Shown: positions 13,914-32,351, numbered from the stretch's first letter. The stretch: DNA of 64,000 nucleotides from the human T2T-CHM13v2.0 reference genome, Homo sapiens (GCF_009914755.1 NC_060933.1), one strand, 5' to 3'. Made by a program: numbers and translations. The notes: generated by a model from the sequence alone, not told the origin.

Positions 13914-15550
13914 GCAAGGCGGGGCCTGGCACCTTGGGTGGGGCCACTGAGGACAACTCTACGCTTTTTCTGATTGTTCAAGAGGGTTCTTCCTATTGCC
14001 CCCTCTGCTTCTGCAGTGTACAAAGCACCTCCCTGCCCATTCCTCAGATATCCTCCCACTACCACCAATATTGACCTCCAGCCAACTGGGCTTTTCCATT
14101 CCTCCGTCATCCACCCATTCAATGGAGCGAATTAGTTCTACCTCATAGGATTGTAATTAGAAATCAGTGAGATGTCTCATACCCATTATTTAAGAGTGAT
14201 CTGTGGGTAATGCCTCCAAAATGTTGTTATTAACAACCTCAGGGGGTAGGGTAGGCAGGTAATAGTGCTCCCTATTTACAGACGAAGACACTGAAGTTCA
14301 GAGAGGCCCACAACCAATAAGTGCAGGAGGCAGCGCCCCCACCCCCAGGTCTCCTGCCTCAGGCCCCGTGCTGTTTCCAAAGCCTTGGGCCCTGGGGCAG
14401 CCCCTCTCAACTTCCCTTTTGTGTCTCAAGTTCTGGTGATTGTGCAGAAATCCCCAAGTCAGTCCTGACTCAAGTTCATCTTAGGGGCCTTGATCTCACC
14501 CATTTGGGAGCCTTTCTCTGGGTAGTAATGATAATAGGACTAGTAATAAGAGCAGTAGTAAGAGCAGTGGTAATAATGGCTCCTGTTACCCAAGTACTAA
14601 CTGTGGGCCAGGCATGGGGCCTTGCACTTAGCAAGCATTATTCCATGTGATGCTTATAAGATCCTAGCAGTTATCACTCCCATTTTACAGAAGGGGTAAC
14701 TGAGGCTCCAGAGGCATGAAAATGTCCTAAGTAATGGGCTGAGGGCAGTAAGCAGTGGGGCTGGGATTCAGTCCCATGTTGGTCTGACCTCCAAACCTAC
14801 ACTCTTAACTTTGTGCCATGCTATCCCCCCCAGTCCCTTGGGTGTGGCCCCCCAGATACCATCTTCTGGGAGTGGACGTGGCCTCAGGCTGCCCCAGGCC
14901 CATCTGATGGTGGCGCTGCCACTCAGAAGTGATGTGAGCCAGCGCGCCACCTGAGTTCCATCACATATCCATGGGTCACCTGTTAGGGAAACGCTGCAAA
15001 CGATCTCCCTTCTGGAAGACTCACTTTGCACACTGGCACAATAAATGCCCTGAGAGGTCCTGCAGTTCAGACTGCCATCCTGTTCATACAACAGAGGTGT
15101 CTCATGTTCTTGTTTTCCTATAGTTATTGATTTCCAAAGTACCATAACATGTTGTCAACTCAATGTCTCCCAAACTTACTTGACCATGGAACCCTGTTCT
15201 CCAAGGAGTCTCAAATAATGTGCCATGGGACAGTAAGATTTCAACGTACACAGTTTGGAAGAGGTGGATCTACACCATGCTTTTCCAGCAAGTTGTTCCA
15301 CCTAAGGCAACAAGGACCGTAGTCACAGCCCCCTGTTTTCGGGTGTGAAAAGGGGCTGGATTCTCTTTGCATGTCTGCTGACAAGTGGTCACAGAGGCCC
15401 TTCTGATGCTCTGCGGGGGATCAGGTGCCCCTGGCTGGTTCACAGCCTAAGCCCCTTGCTGGCTGGCTGCCCTCAGTCCCCTACCCAACTGTCTGAGCCA
15501 CTCATCTTCTTCTCTGAGCACCATGCCTCCTCTCCTGTGCCCACTTGCAG

Positions 15551-15632
15551 AGGGACGATGCGGGACGGTACCAGTGCCTGGCAGAGAATGAGATGGGCGT
15601 GGCGAAGAAAGTGGTGATCCTCGTCCTGCAGA
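15551..15632 (+). CDS. HMCN2: HMCN2 exon, Ig C-end ([27 protein letters not shown])
   Basis: ttgcag| acceptor, AGA|gtgagt donor; phase 0 to 1. Confidence 0.93.
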
Positions 15633-16298
15633 GTGAGTCTCGGCCTCAGCAGAGTGGGGACGTGGGAAGTGTGCTCGGGGACAGCGGTGGCGTGTGCAGC
15701 CTAGAGGGCAGACGGCAGGGCTGGGACTTGGAATTCTTTCATTAATACTTACTTGGAACACACATTGAATCCTACCAAATGTTTCCCAAATGTGGGGTGA
15801 CTGAGACTCAGGACTGAGCTAAAGAAAACCTGGCAACCTGGGCCTGGGGGAGCTGGGCATTTAAAACTCAGACCAGCCGTCAAGATCACCGCGACAGCTC
15901 TCTCATGTGCCAAGCAGCTCGTAGTTTACCAGGCGCTGTTTGAGCCTCAGAATAACACTGTGAAGTTGTCTCAATAGGGATTCTGTAGAAAATGTTTTAT
16001 TGAAGATGAACACCTGTGGAGAAGAGCCAGGATCCTAAGTGCAGAGCTCATGAATTTTTACAATGCGAACCCACCCAGTTAACCAGCAACCAGATCAAAG
16101 AAATAGGACAGTGCCGGCTCCCAGCCTCCAGCATGCCCACCTCTGCTTACTGCCCCCTGCCCCAATAATCACTGTCTGGATTCTGCCTCTTTAAAAAAAA
16201 AAACAACAAACTTTATTGAGTTATAATTTGCATACCATAAAATTCACCCGTTCATGCAATGCAATATTATTTAACCTTAAAAAGGAAGGAAATTCTAG

Positions 16299-16681
<383 letters not shown>

Positions 16682-16917
16682 TCACAAAGAAACAAACACT
16701 GTATGATTCTGTTTATATGAGGGGCCTAGAGTGGCCAAAAGCATAGAGACCCAAAGTAGTATGGAGCTTGCCAGGGGCTGCAGGGAGGGGAGAAGGGGGA
16801 GTTAGAATTTAATGAGTCCGGAGTTTCAGTTTAGCAAGAGAAAAAAGTTCTGGAGATTGTACAATGTCAAATACTCAACACTACTGAAGTGTACACTTAC
16901 AAATGGTTCAATGATAA

Positions 16918-17891
<974 letters not shown>

Positions 17892-18844
17892 TAGGTCAGT
17901 GATCCATTTTGAGTTAATCTTTGTGTGGGGTAAGGGTCTAACTTCCTTTTTTGCATACGGATAGCCAATTGTTCCAGTACCATTTATGTTGATCTTGAAT
18001 TTCTTTCAGTGATGTTTTGTAGTTTTGAATGTACTGGTCTTATATTTTTGTTAAATTGATTTTAAGTCTTTTTATTATTGTTGATGCTATTTTGGGTGGA
18101 ATTGTTTTCTTTGATTTTTGGATTTGTAATTGCTAATATGTAGAGATACAGTTGAATTGATATCATATCATCTATGAATAGGGACAGTTTGACTATCTTT
18201 CTTTCAAATCTGCGTACCTTGAAGTTTTTTGCTTTGCCTTATTGCCTTGGTTGGACCCTCTGGTACACAGTTGAAGCAGCGAGAGCAGCCATCCTTGCCT
18301 GGTTCCCTGGTTTAGGTGGAAAGCAGTCAATCTCTCACCATGGGGCGTGATGTTAGCTGTGAGTTTTTGTGGATGCCCTTTCTCAGGCTGAGGAAGTTCC
18401 CCTTTTGTACCTAGTGTGTTGAGAGTTTTTGTCATGCATGGAATAGGTTTGTGGTCCAGACAAGATGGTATAGATGCACTTCTCCCTATTTCTCTTGCTA
18501 AGGACAGCTAAACACCTTGGACTTTATATAGAAGCAAACATAAAGAGCCTCTGAAAAGTAGAGAAAAGAAGGAGGATAGACTACCGATCTTGGGACCTGA
18601 GGAGCAGCATGGTGGTGAATGCCCTGGTGTTTCTTTTTGTCCCTTATATCCTGGGCCGCATACTTGAGAAGCCAACAACCTGGAACCACCAGTGGGCTCA
18701 GACACACGCATGTGCACGTGCGCACACACACGCACACACACACACGGGGGCATGTGCACCTCAACGAGAGCCTGTCCTCTCTTGCAAAGGACTAGGAAAG
18801 GGACAGCATAGTAAGAAAGAAAACTTGTAAATAACAACCCCTAA

Positions 18845-19035
18845 CTGGGTGTGGTGGCTCGTGTCTGTAATCCCAGCACTTTGGGAGACTGAGGCAGCCA
18901 GATCGCTTGAGCTCAGGAATTTGATATCATCCTGGGCAATATGGTGAAACCCCATCTCTACCAAAAATACAAAAAAAAAAAAAAAAATAGCTGGGCATGG
19001 TGGCGCACACCTGTAATCCCAGCTACTTGGGAGGC
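18845..19035 (+). mobile_element. Alu (3' truncated)
   Basis: left arm plus start of right arm. Confidence 0.85.
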
Positions 19036-19590
19036 AAACACCATGAAAAACACCCCTGCCCCATCATCACACCAACTGGGAGCCTCTAACTTCCACCCTC
19101 GCCCCTGTACCGAGGCACTGCTCTCCCCACACTGGAGCAGGATGCTGTCAGGTGACACCTAATGAGGAGACAGAATTGTCACCACTGTCATCTACTGAGT
19201 GGGAAGCTCCTCCCCCGTGTGGCCAGGTGGGCAGCGAGGGTAGTGCCAGCAGAGGCCCGGTGTGGGCGTGCCTCCACCCATCCACCCATGCTCAGCAGTA
19301 ATGAGGCACCCCTCCCTGTTCCGGGCTGACCATGGAAGCCTCATAGGGAACCTGGGCTTCCACGCTGACCTGGCGGAAGTGAGTGGCACCACTTTTTCTT
19401 GGCAGTTTTATAGCTCTGCCAAAAACGGAAGATTTAAATAAAAATCCGAGTCTTACAATACTGAAACTCACTTACACACCAGGAACAAGGAAAAGCTCAA
19501 CTTACACACCAGGAACAAGGAAAATCTCAATGAAAGCAGACAACAGATGCCTACTGAGATAGTACAGATATCAGGTAATCTGATAAGGAC

Positions 19591-21382
<1,792 letters not shown>

Positions 21383-21718
21383 TCGACCTTCATTTAAGTG
21401 GAATCACCCCACACGTGCTCTTGCGTAGACTCTTCTTTTGCACATCATAATTTGTGGCATTCGTCCATATTGTTCACGTGGAATTAGTTTATTGGTTCTC
21501 ATTGCTGTGTGTTTTTCTGCTACATGGATGTACCACAGTTTATTCATGTATTCCACTCTAGGTTAGTTTCCAGTGATGGGCGGTTAAGAACAGGGCTGCT
21601 GTGACCTTACGCACGCCCTCCAGTGAACACGCACACACATCTGTGCTGGGGTATTCGTCCAGGAGCAGAAGCGCTAGGTCTCACAGTACACATGTGTTCC
21701 ACTTTAGGACACACTGGC

Positions 21719-22805
<1,087 letters not shown>

Positions 22806-23255
22806 AGGCACACAGCGCCCCACCTTGGCTGAAGCACGTTGCATTTCCACCTCAGTGTGTGCGAGTTCTGCTTGTTCCGCAGCCTCACCAGCACTGGGCC
22901 TTTCCCATCCTTTCCATACTAGCCTTCCAGGAGGGTCTATAATAGTAAGTGGACAGGAAGCATCATCCCCATATTTCAGATGGGAACACTGAGGGTCAGG
23001 GAGTGACTTGGTGAGAGCCACCCACAGTAGGTGACAGAGCACGAGTTTGCCCATTTCATTGGCATCAACTAGAGGCAGTTCTGACAGATGGCCCCCCACT
23101 TCATTGGAAGCAGTCTAACTGTCCTATAGGAGAGGCTTCATTTAGCCAATCCCAATACAGTCAGGCAATAGAAGACTACCTAGCCACTAACAACAGATAT
23201 GTAACTGCATGGAAAGGTAGTTACGATCTATTGCAGAGGAAAAATAAAAGCAGAT

Positions 23256-23582
<327 letters not shown>

Positions 23583-23748
23583 CTAGAGGGAAATATTCAG
23601 GAACGATGACTGGGTGGAAGGATCCTATGCAGTTCTTATTTTCTTCTTTCTGCTTCTCTGGATTTCCCAGTGTGTCTAAATGAACATATCCCACTTGAAT
23701 ATGCAAAAATAATTAAATGTTCCTAAAAGCCACCTGGGCCTCCCACAG

Positions 23749-24018
23749 GTGCTCCGGTGTTCCAGGTGGAGCCCCAGGACATGACAGTGAGATCTGGGGA
23801 TGACGTGGCCCTGCGGTGCCAGGCCACTGGAGAGCCCACACCCACCATTGAATGGCTACAGGCGGGTCAACCCTTGCGGGCCAGCCGGCGGCTCCGGACC
23901 CTGCCCGATGGGAGCCTGTGGCTGGAGAACGTGGAGACTGGGGATGCAGGCACCTACGACTGCGTCGCTCACAACCTCCTGGGCTCTGCCACAGCCCGGG
24001 CGTTCCTGGTCGTGAGAG
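23749..24018 (+). CDS. HMCN2: HMCN2 exon, complete last Ig domain ([10 protein letters not shown]...[14 protein letters not shown]...FLVVR)
   Basis: ccacag| acceptor, GAG|gtatgg donor; 270 nt, phase 1 to 1. Confidence 0.94.
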
Positions 24019-24605
24019 GTATGGGGCATCCCTGTCTGGACCTTCGTGGACAGAGGCAGGATCTCTTGCCGATGGGGATTGTGTGGTGCTTATGGGAGAC
24101 CTGTCCCCTGCCTTGCCAGCTCCCCACCTCTTCCCTTTGCTTCATCACAAGCCCAGAATGAACCCCTACCCTGCCCGTTTACAGTTGGGTAAACTGAATC
24201 TTGGAGGTGCTGTTTGCTGCTCATCTTGGACAGGGAACACAGGTTGTTCCTGCTTAACTGGCACAAATGCATGTCCTCTGTCTGGACACTGCACAGCCCC
24301 TGGAAGCAGGCAGAGGAAGACAAGGGCATCCCCGGTGCCCTCGGGGGCTGCTGTGAAAAGTCTGTACATCAGTGCATGTCCCAGGCATCACACATTGCCT
24401 GGCCGTGGCAGGTGGTTGGAAAAGAAATGGCTTCCTGGTGGGATGGACCCCTGCCATCTCGATTCCTCAATCAGCTCCCTTCTACCTTGGGTCAGACCAA
24501 CTTTAAAATTAAGAAAAGATCTATCCTGAGAAACCACAGTAAATGGATTCAGACCTGCATAAAGGCAAGTCATAAGATATTATTTCTGTGGCCTGTGCCT
24601 CTGAA

Positions 24606-24751
24606 GGGAACACTCCATATATGTGGGGATTTGTCCCCTTCCCTGTACCTGGCAGACATCACTAATCTATCACCACATGGGAACACTCCCTATGTGTGGC
24701 GATGCATCTCCCTCGCTGTCCCTGGCAGACATCACTAATCTATCACCACAT
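24606..24751. repeat. Tandem duplication, 2 x 73 bp
   Basis: gggaacactcc...cctggcagacatcactaatctatcaccacat twice. Confidence 0.92.
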
Positions 24752-24961
24752 GCGTTGGCAGAATCTTTCTCCAATGAGCCCTCCCAGGCAGCGCCTCTCA
24801 GCTAATTGGAATTGGGACTTGACACTTGGCCACCTGGAAATCCACGTGAAACCCACTGCCAACCAAATGTGGGACCCTTTCTGGCCGTTGCTCTCATTAT
24901 CTCCCACAGGCCGGGGCAGGGTACCAACCTATGCAGCTCTGAAAGTTCAGCGGTTCTCTGA

Positions 24962-25352
<391 letters not shown>

Positions 25353-25420
25353 CGTCCCACTTCTTACCCTCTCCTGTTGGCAGGCCCCAGTCCCAACCAC
25401 AGAGCTATGTACATGGCCTT

Positions 25421-25447
25421 TGTATTTGTTCTGTAGGGCTACTGGTA

Positions 25448-25478
<31 letters not shown>

Positions 25479-25872
25479 CACCACAAGCTGGAGGCTTAAG
25501 CCACACTGATTGTCTCATAGTTCTGGAGGCTGCAAATCCAGGATCACACTGTCAGCAGCCCTGGTTTCTTCTGAACACTGTGGGGAGGATCTGGTCTGGG
25601 TCTCTCTCCCAGGGTCTTGGTGGTGGTCCTCGGCATTCTGTGGCTTGTCGAAACATCACCCCCACCTCTGCCTTCATCTTCCCTGTGTGTGTCTACACTT
25701 CCCTATTTATAAGGACACAGTCATGTTGGATTAGGCCTGCCCTAATGACCTCATTCTAACTTGACTTACTCTATAAAGACCCTATCTTCAAATAGGGTCA
25801 CATTCTGAGGTCCTGGGGGTTAAGACTTCAACGTATGAATTTTGGGTGGTGTGGTAGCATTCAATCCATAAC
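25421..25872 (-). mobile_element. MLT1-family LTR
   Basis: cacattctgaggtcctgggggttaagacttcaacgtatgaattttgg; tctcatagttctggaggctg. Confidence 0.8.
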
Positions 25873-27555
25873 CCAGCCTCCTTATTTTTTTTTAATAGAA
25901 ACAAATATTCTTCCTTTATATATGTTAACTGTAGAAAGGCCAGATACTATAGAAATCTGTGAAGAAGAAGGTAATTCTCTCCCATAATTCAGTGACCCAA
26001 AGTAGCTTAAGCAATTATTTGGGGAGATACATTCTTCCACACTGTTTTCTCTGGATAGAGGAGATACACTTTTCTTTTTACAAATGTCAAATTTACACCC
26101 TCTATAACCTGCCATTTTTACTTCCTCTATCTTGGAAGACATCCAATTATGATACACATCGGTCCACAGCTTTTTGATTGGCTTCGTATCATTCCATGGG
26201 AACGTTTTTTATCTTCGTTCGTGTTGGCTTTGTCAAATGAGCAACGTAGTTTATTTTCCTAGTTTCCATTCCCCAAAGCCACACCGTGCTGCGTATCTTT
26301 GTGTGTGGCCCTGAAGATTTCTGTGGGACGATTTCCTTAAGGGGCATGGGTGGGTGAAGGGAGTTCAGGGTTTGGGAGCTTCTAAACCTGTTTTCCCTCC
26401 TGAAAACCTGCTTTTCCTCCTTCCCCATCAGCCTGGCAGGTCCCAATCCTGGCCTTGTAGGGGGACAAGAGGCTGCTACGTCACTCCATGTCTGAGAGAG
26501 CTGGCGGTGGCTTGCCTGCCGTGCCTGGGTTCCATTTCCTGTCCCCTTCCAAAGCTGCGCGGGTCACACTCCAGCCTTCTCATCTGCAGCTCCCGATCTC
26601 TTCTTCACTCCCCTATTAAAAGGCCAGGGATAGGTTCACGGCCCTTCTCCTGTCCCTCCCATGGGCCCCAGAGCATCGGATACTGATGAGAAACATCCCA
26701 GATGGGCTTCAAATCTCATCAAACCCCAGCTATGGGCTGCAGGAAATGGCCCTGCTTCCTAGAACCCCAAATTAACCAGCCCCTTGATTCATCCATTTAG
26801 GATCCTAGCACTTGAGTGTTTTATGTTATTTTTTGACAGATCATGGGCAATTTGTTGCTAATTTCCCCTGAGAGCTGCTGAGTGGAGAGGCAGGCTAACT
26901 TCTGTCTCTCGCCCCCTGGAATGCCATCTGCCTAAACAAGACAGCTGGCGCATTAGTCAGAGGAAGCACCCCCCTGTGCCTGCATCATCCGTTTGATTAG
27001 CGCTAAAGAGCATCTGCTCACAGATGGCCTGGCGGGCAGCGGCTAGGAAACCAGCCCACCCGGCCAGGCCAGCTGCAGGGCAGCCAGGGCCAGCAGCACT
27101 GATGGAATGGGGCTGTTCAGGTGATGGCACCCGGCTCTGGCTCGGTGCCCTGGCTCCTTCAGTGTGCCAGCCACGCCATCGTGGGCTCCCGGCATTTCAG
27201 AGACCCACAGGTCTTCTGTGAGTTTGTGGTCCCGCCTCCTCATTTTACAGGTGAGCCAACTCAGGTGTGGCTTGGGGGCCTGAGGTGGCCAGGTTTTAAG
27301 GAATGGCAGAGCCAGAATTAGAAGCCAGCTCCGCCCTGAGCCCAGGGTTCCTCCTAACAGCCTCCCTTCCCTTTTAGAGCCAAGATCCCCTGGGCGTTGA
27401 GTCCATGACCCCTTAGCTGTGTGTCCTTGGACAAGTGGAGGTGAACTCTCCGAGCCTCCATTTACTCCTTCACGAAATGGGAATGACAGCCTGCTTGTGC
27501 TGTGGGCCCCGGGGTGGATAGTCAGTGGCACTGTCATTCTTTCCCTTCCTTACAG

Positions 27556-27705
27556 GGGAGCCCCAGGGGAGCTGGGGCAGCATGACTGGGGTGATAAATG
27601 GCCGGAAATTTGGCGTGGCCACACTCAACACCAGCGTGATGCAGGAGGCACACTCCGGGGTCAGCAGCATCCACAGCAGCATCCGCCATGTCCCAGCAAA
27701 CGTGG
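27556..27705 (+). CDS. HMCN2: HMCN2 exon, nidogen G2F domain start ([15 protein letters not shown]...PANV)
   Basis: ttacag| acceptor, TGG|gtgagt donor; phase 1 to 1. Confidence 0.92.
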
Positions 27706-28949
27706 GTGAGTGGAAGGCAGAGCATCACCTGCCTCTGGGTTATTGTCACAGCCCAGCGAGCATCCTCCAGAACATGCTGGACCTAGGAGGCGCAGAGCCT
27801 GTGCCCCGAGACTTGCTCAAGGCCTGATGACCAGAGCACGTCTGACCATCTCTCAAAGCTGAGTGCAATCCAAAGTGGACTCAGATGCAGGCAACTTCCT
27901 GTCCCCCTCACAACCTCCCAAAAACAAAGGAACTGCATTTACAGTCAGACCAAGAGTGTGTGAAACGGTCAGTGTTCTGGGGGTGCGGGCGCTCAGATTG
28001 TGGTTTCCCAAGCCACCGATGGCTCCCTGAGGCTTTTCCCCATTTAAGTTAAAGCTCAGGCTGATGGAAGTGGAGGGATCTCCAGTCATGAGTGAGGGGT
28101 GCAGGCTGGAGGTGACGGGAAGCGGGAAACATGGAGAATTGAATTGCCTAGAAAACCTAGAGGACTAAGAAGAGTCACCTGCACACAGAGCTCTCATGTA
28201 CGGTGTCTGAGCGATGAATGCTCTGAGAGACTTGCAGAGCTTGTGACAGTGGACGTCACTGTCTCTCCCTTCCCAAGGAATCCCTGGCCCCTCGTGGGGG
28301 TCCAGGAGGGGCAGTATTCATGGAGTCTTCACTGAAAGTAGCTCCTCTGAAGCTGCCCTTGGCCATGGTCCCGCATGAGCAGTGTGGGGTCAGGGGATTT
28401 TGCTGGGGAAGTCACTCTGAGCTGGCTGTCAGCAGACAGCAGATGAAGCGAGACGCTGCCCAGACATGGCTGCTTATTCTAGCTGCAGGAGTGTGAGGCC
28501 TGGAGAAGCATCTGGCCCCAAGCCCGTGGACCAGGCTTTGTTCCATGAAACAGACGCACAGAGAGGCTGGGAAGGTGGTGCCCATGCACAGGGGCCTGGC
28601 CAGCTCCTGTGAACCTTGCAAAGCTGGCACCGTCCCTGACTCAGAGCAAGTGGGGAGCGGGTGTGTTCCCCTTGCCCAGTCCATGGCCCCACCTGGTCCT
28701 GCGTGGAGGGCGGGGCATCACATGAAGAAGATCTGAGAATCCACGTCCAGGGCCATTTTTTGGTTCTTTTTTCAAACGGTTTGGAACAAACCGGGGCTGG
28801 TCCAGAAGGGATCTGCAAGTTAGAAAAGTTGGTTCACTTCAACTCAGCAAATATATAATGACAGTCTGTGGAGTCCCTGGCTCCGTGGTGACCCGGGGCC
28901 CTCAATCGGTATTTGTTGAACTGAGTTAAATATCAACAAGGTACATGCA

Positions 28950-29512
<563 letters not shown>

Positions 29513-29751
29513 AGCATTTCCTTGTATAAATTTATTAATTTCAGTTACTCCAGGAAGTAGATTATTTGCCTCCACCAGATCCCTGATTCTGGTTAAATAA
29601 TTGGCATGGCAGTCACAAGGCTGAGTATGGACATCAAGGGAAGGGGCTGAGCTCTCCTGGGGGCAGTGGGGAGCCATGACGGGACCTTGAACAGGAGGTG
29701 GCTGCCCTGAGGATCAGCTCTAACCCGGCCTCTATGCCCTGCCCCACCCAG

Positions 29752-29889
29752 GGCCTCTGATGCGGGTGCTCGTGGTCACCATCGCCCCCATCTACTGGGC
29801 CCTGGCCAGAGAGAGTGGGGAAGCCCTGAATGGCCACTCTCTGACTGGGGGCAGGTTCCGGCAGGAGTCACACGTGGAGTTTGCTACAG
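29752..29889 (+). CDS. HMCN2: HMCN2 exon, G2F ([33 protein letters not shown]...VEFAT)
   Basis: acccag| acceptor, CAG|gtaaac donor; G2F-type PIYW..A...NG.SLTGG motif. Confidence 0.93.
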
Positions 29890-29984
29890 GTAAACAGGGC
29901 CTCCCCCAGGTGGGCCAGGTAGGACTAAAGCCTGCGCCCAGGACCTCCCGTGGTGACTCTGGGCTGGGTGGGGATGGTTTGCAG

Positions 29985-30106
29985 GGGAGCTGCTCACGAT
30001 GACCCAGGTGGCCCGGGGTCTGGATCCCGATGGCCTCCTGCTCCTCGACGTGGTGGTCAATGGCGTTGTCCCCGAGAGCCTGGCTGACGCAGATCTTCAA
30101 GTGCAG
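29985..30106 (+). CDS. HMCN2: HMCN2 exon, G2F ([13 protein letters not shown]...ADLQVQ)
   Basis: ttgcag| acceptor, CAG|gtcggg donor; phase 1 to 0. Confidence 0.9.
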
Positions 30107-30407
30107 GTCGGGGGTCAAGCCCTGGGGTGTGCAGACAGGGTAGGTGAGAGAGACGAAGGTGCCCGGCTCTCAACCACCCCTGAGCAGCCAGGCCCACTCT
30201 CCCTTCTGACAGCGCTGCAGGGCTGGGTCACAGTCTAGCCTTGGACTTAGGGTAGGATGAGCAGTTGTAACAGGCTCAAGTTCAAGCGCTTGAAGGGATG
30301 CTCTGAGCCCTGCGACTTCAGATCAGAGTATTCTTGTTCAAAAGCACGAGTCCTGAAGAGAGGTGAGCTGCCTAGAGCAGCCCAGCTGGTTAGAAGAGGC
30401 TCTGGGA

Positions 30408-30518
30408 GGCTCACCCCATCTCCTCCCAAGGCTCACCCCATCTCCTCCCAAGGCTCACCCCATCTCTTCCCAAGGCTCACCCCATCTCTTCCCAAGGCTC
30501 ACCCCATCTTCTCCCAAG
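30408..30518. repeat. Minisatellite, 5 x 22 bp (ggctcaccccatctcYtcccaa)
   Basis: units start at 30408, 30430, 30452, 30474, 30496. Confidence 0.95.
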
Positions 30519-30662
30519 CCTCCTCAAGCCCCTGAGTTGGGGTAAGGGTCTCAGGCTGCTTGGGAGTTGAAATCTCAGCATTTTCCTCCTCCCCTTCCAA
30601 CCCTGACCCCTTTCTCCCTCTCCCCCACCCCTCCTCCTCCTCCCCTCCTCTTCATCCTGCAG

Positions 30663-30900
30663 GACTTTGAGGAGCACTACGTGCAAACAGGGCCTGGCCA
30701 GCTGTTCGTGGGCTCCACACAGCGCTTCTTCCAGGGCGGCCTCCCCTCGTTCCTACGCTGCAACCACAGCATCCAGTACAACGCGGCCCGGGGCCCCCAG
30801 CCCCAGCTGGTGCAGCACCTGCGGGCCTCAGCTATCAGCTCGGCCTTTGATCCAGAGGCCGAGGCCCTGCGCTTCCAGCTCGCTACAGCCCTGCAGGCGG
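30663..30900 (+). CDS. HMCN2: HMCN2 exon, G2F end ([12 protein letters not shown]...[11 protein letters not shown])
   Basis: very long pyrimidine tract and ctgcag| acceptor, CGG|gtgagg donor; phase 0 to 1. Confidence 0.93.
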
Positions 30901-31626
30901 GTGAGGCCCCTCTGCTTTGTTCCACCCCCACTGCCCCAGCTAAAACCTGCCAGGGGGCCCAAATGCACATGGCTGGAATCCACTCCTGCCCCTAACATCC
31001 ACTGACCATGGGCCAGAGACTTCAGACTGAGACGGCCCGGCTGGCCTACTCACCTGGCCTGTCCCCACTCCCATCCATCCACCCCCCACTCCTCACAGGG
31101 ACACAGCTCTCTAAGCCACCCTTGTTCCAACCTCTGGATCCTTTCCCCAGGCCCCAGGGTGAAGGTCCAACCACCCCAGGCTGATGTTCAGGAACTGAGT
31201 CACCCCGCCCTCTTCTCCCGAGGGCACCTGCACTGAGGCCACACCCAAGGAGCCAGGAACCACTGTTGGAACCCTAGAGACCCCCAGGAACATGCTTTCT
31301 GTTCACCCAGTGAATGCTAAAGATACATACGTTCACATTATTTGAGGTCCCAAAGTGTTTTGAACATTGAATGAGAGACAGTGCTAAGAGCACCGCTTTG
31401 AGGTCAGGCAGACCCCAGTTCAAATCCGAGGTACACCACTTTCTGGCTGTGGGACCTTGGGGGCAATGTCCTGGTCCTCTCGGAGCTTCAGTGTTCCCAT
31501 CTGCACCGCGGGCATGACATCGCCTGCCTTGCAGGGTGTCGCCGTACAGATGTTGTCTCTAAAACCCTAGCCTGGCACCTAGTGGCTGCCTCATCAAGGC
31601 TGGCTGTCCCTACAATTTATGTGGAC

Positions 31627-31855
31627 CAAGCTTGTCCAACCCATGGCCCACAGGCCGCATGCCACCCAGAACAGCTTTGAATGCGGCCCAACACAAATTT
31701 ATAAACTTTCTTAAAACATTATGATATTTTTTGTGATTTTTTTTTTTTTTTTAGCTCATCAGCTATCCTTAGTGTTGGTGTATTTTATGTGTGACCCAAG
31801 GCAATTCTTCTTCTTCCAGCATGGCCCACAGAAGCCGAAAGATAGGACACCCCTG
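31627..31855. mobile_element. MER30-like hAT MITE
   Basis: gctttgaatgcggcccaacacaaattt core, TIR-like ends, degenerate 8-bp TSD. Confidence 0.8.
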
Positions 31856-32288
31856 ATTTAGACTGCCTTGTGTCCTTCCTGCCTCCAGAACCCAGCTCAC
31901 CCCTCCCCTGCCTTTGCTTTTGCTGCCCGTCTGACGCTATCCTCTGCCCCTCCGCACGGTCTCTGTGCATTGCTGCTATGGTCTCAGGAGAGCCGTTTTG
32001 CACGTGTTGACCTCCTGCGTTTTATTTTAATGGTTTTCCTGGGGCTGCCTGACTCACTGGCCAGCCCCACTGGGAGCCCTTCAGGACACATTTCCTTGAC
32101 TGGGCGTGCCCTGCAGTCATCGCCTCCAACAGGCCTGGGCAGGAAATGGGCTTGCTGACTCTCTGGCACCGTCTTGGCTCTGCCTGGCTAAGCTGGCAGT
32201 GGGGGAGCTGTGAGCCTGGGCTATGGCCAGGGCAGCCTTGGGAGAGGACACCCTCATGTCCTTAGAGTCTATCCTCTTTGCTTTGCAG

Positions 32289-32351
32289 AGGAGAACGAGG
32301 TCGGCTGCCCCGAGGGCTTTGAGCTGGACTCCCAGGGAGCGTTTTGTGTGG
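32289..32351 (+). CDS. HMCN2: HMCN2 exon, partial EGF ([21 protein letters not shown])
   Basis: ttgcag| acceptor, TGG|gtgagc donor; CP.GF....C motif. Confidence 0.92.

Noticed and set aside
27163-27250. Exon-like segment (ccttcag| ... CAG|gtgagc; CASHAIVG...PPHFT) between the last Ig and G2F exons
   Set aside because: 88 nt does not keep frame between phase-1 neighbours, the donor looks MIR-derived, and the protein is continuous without it. At most a cryptic exon.
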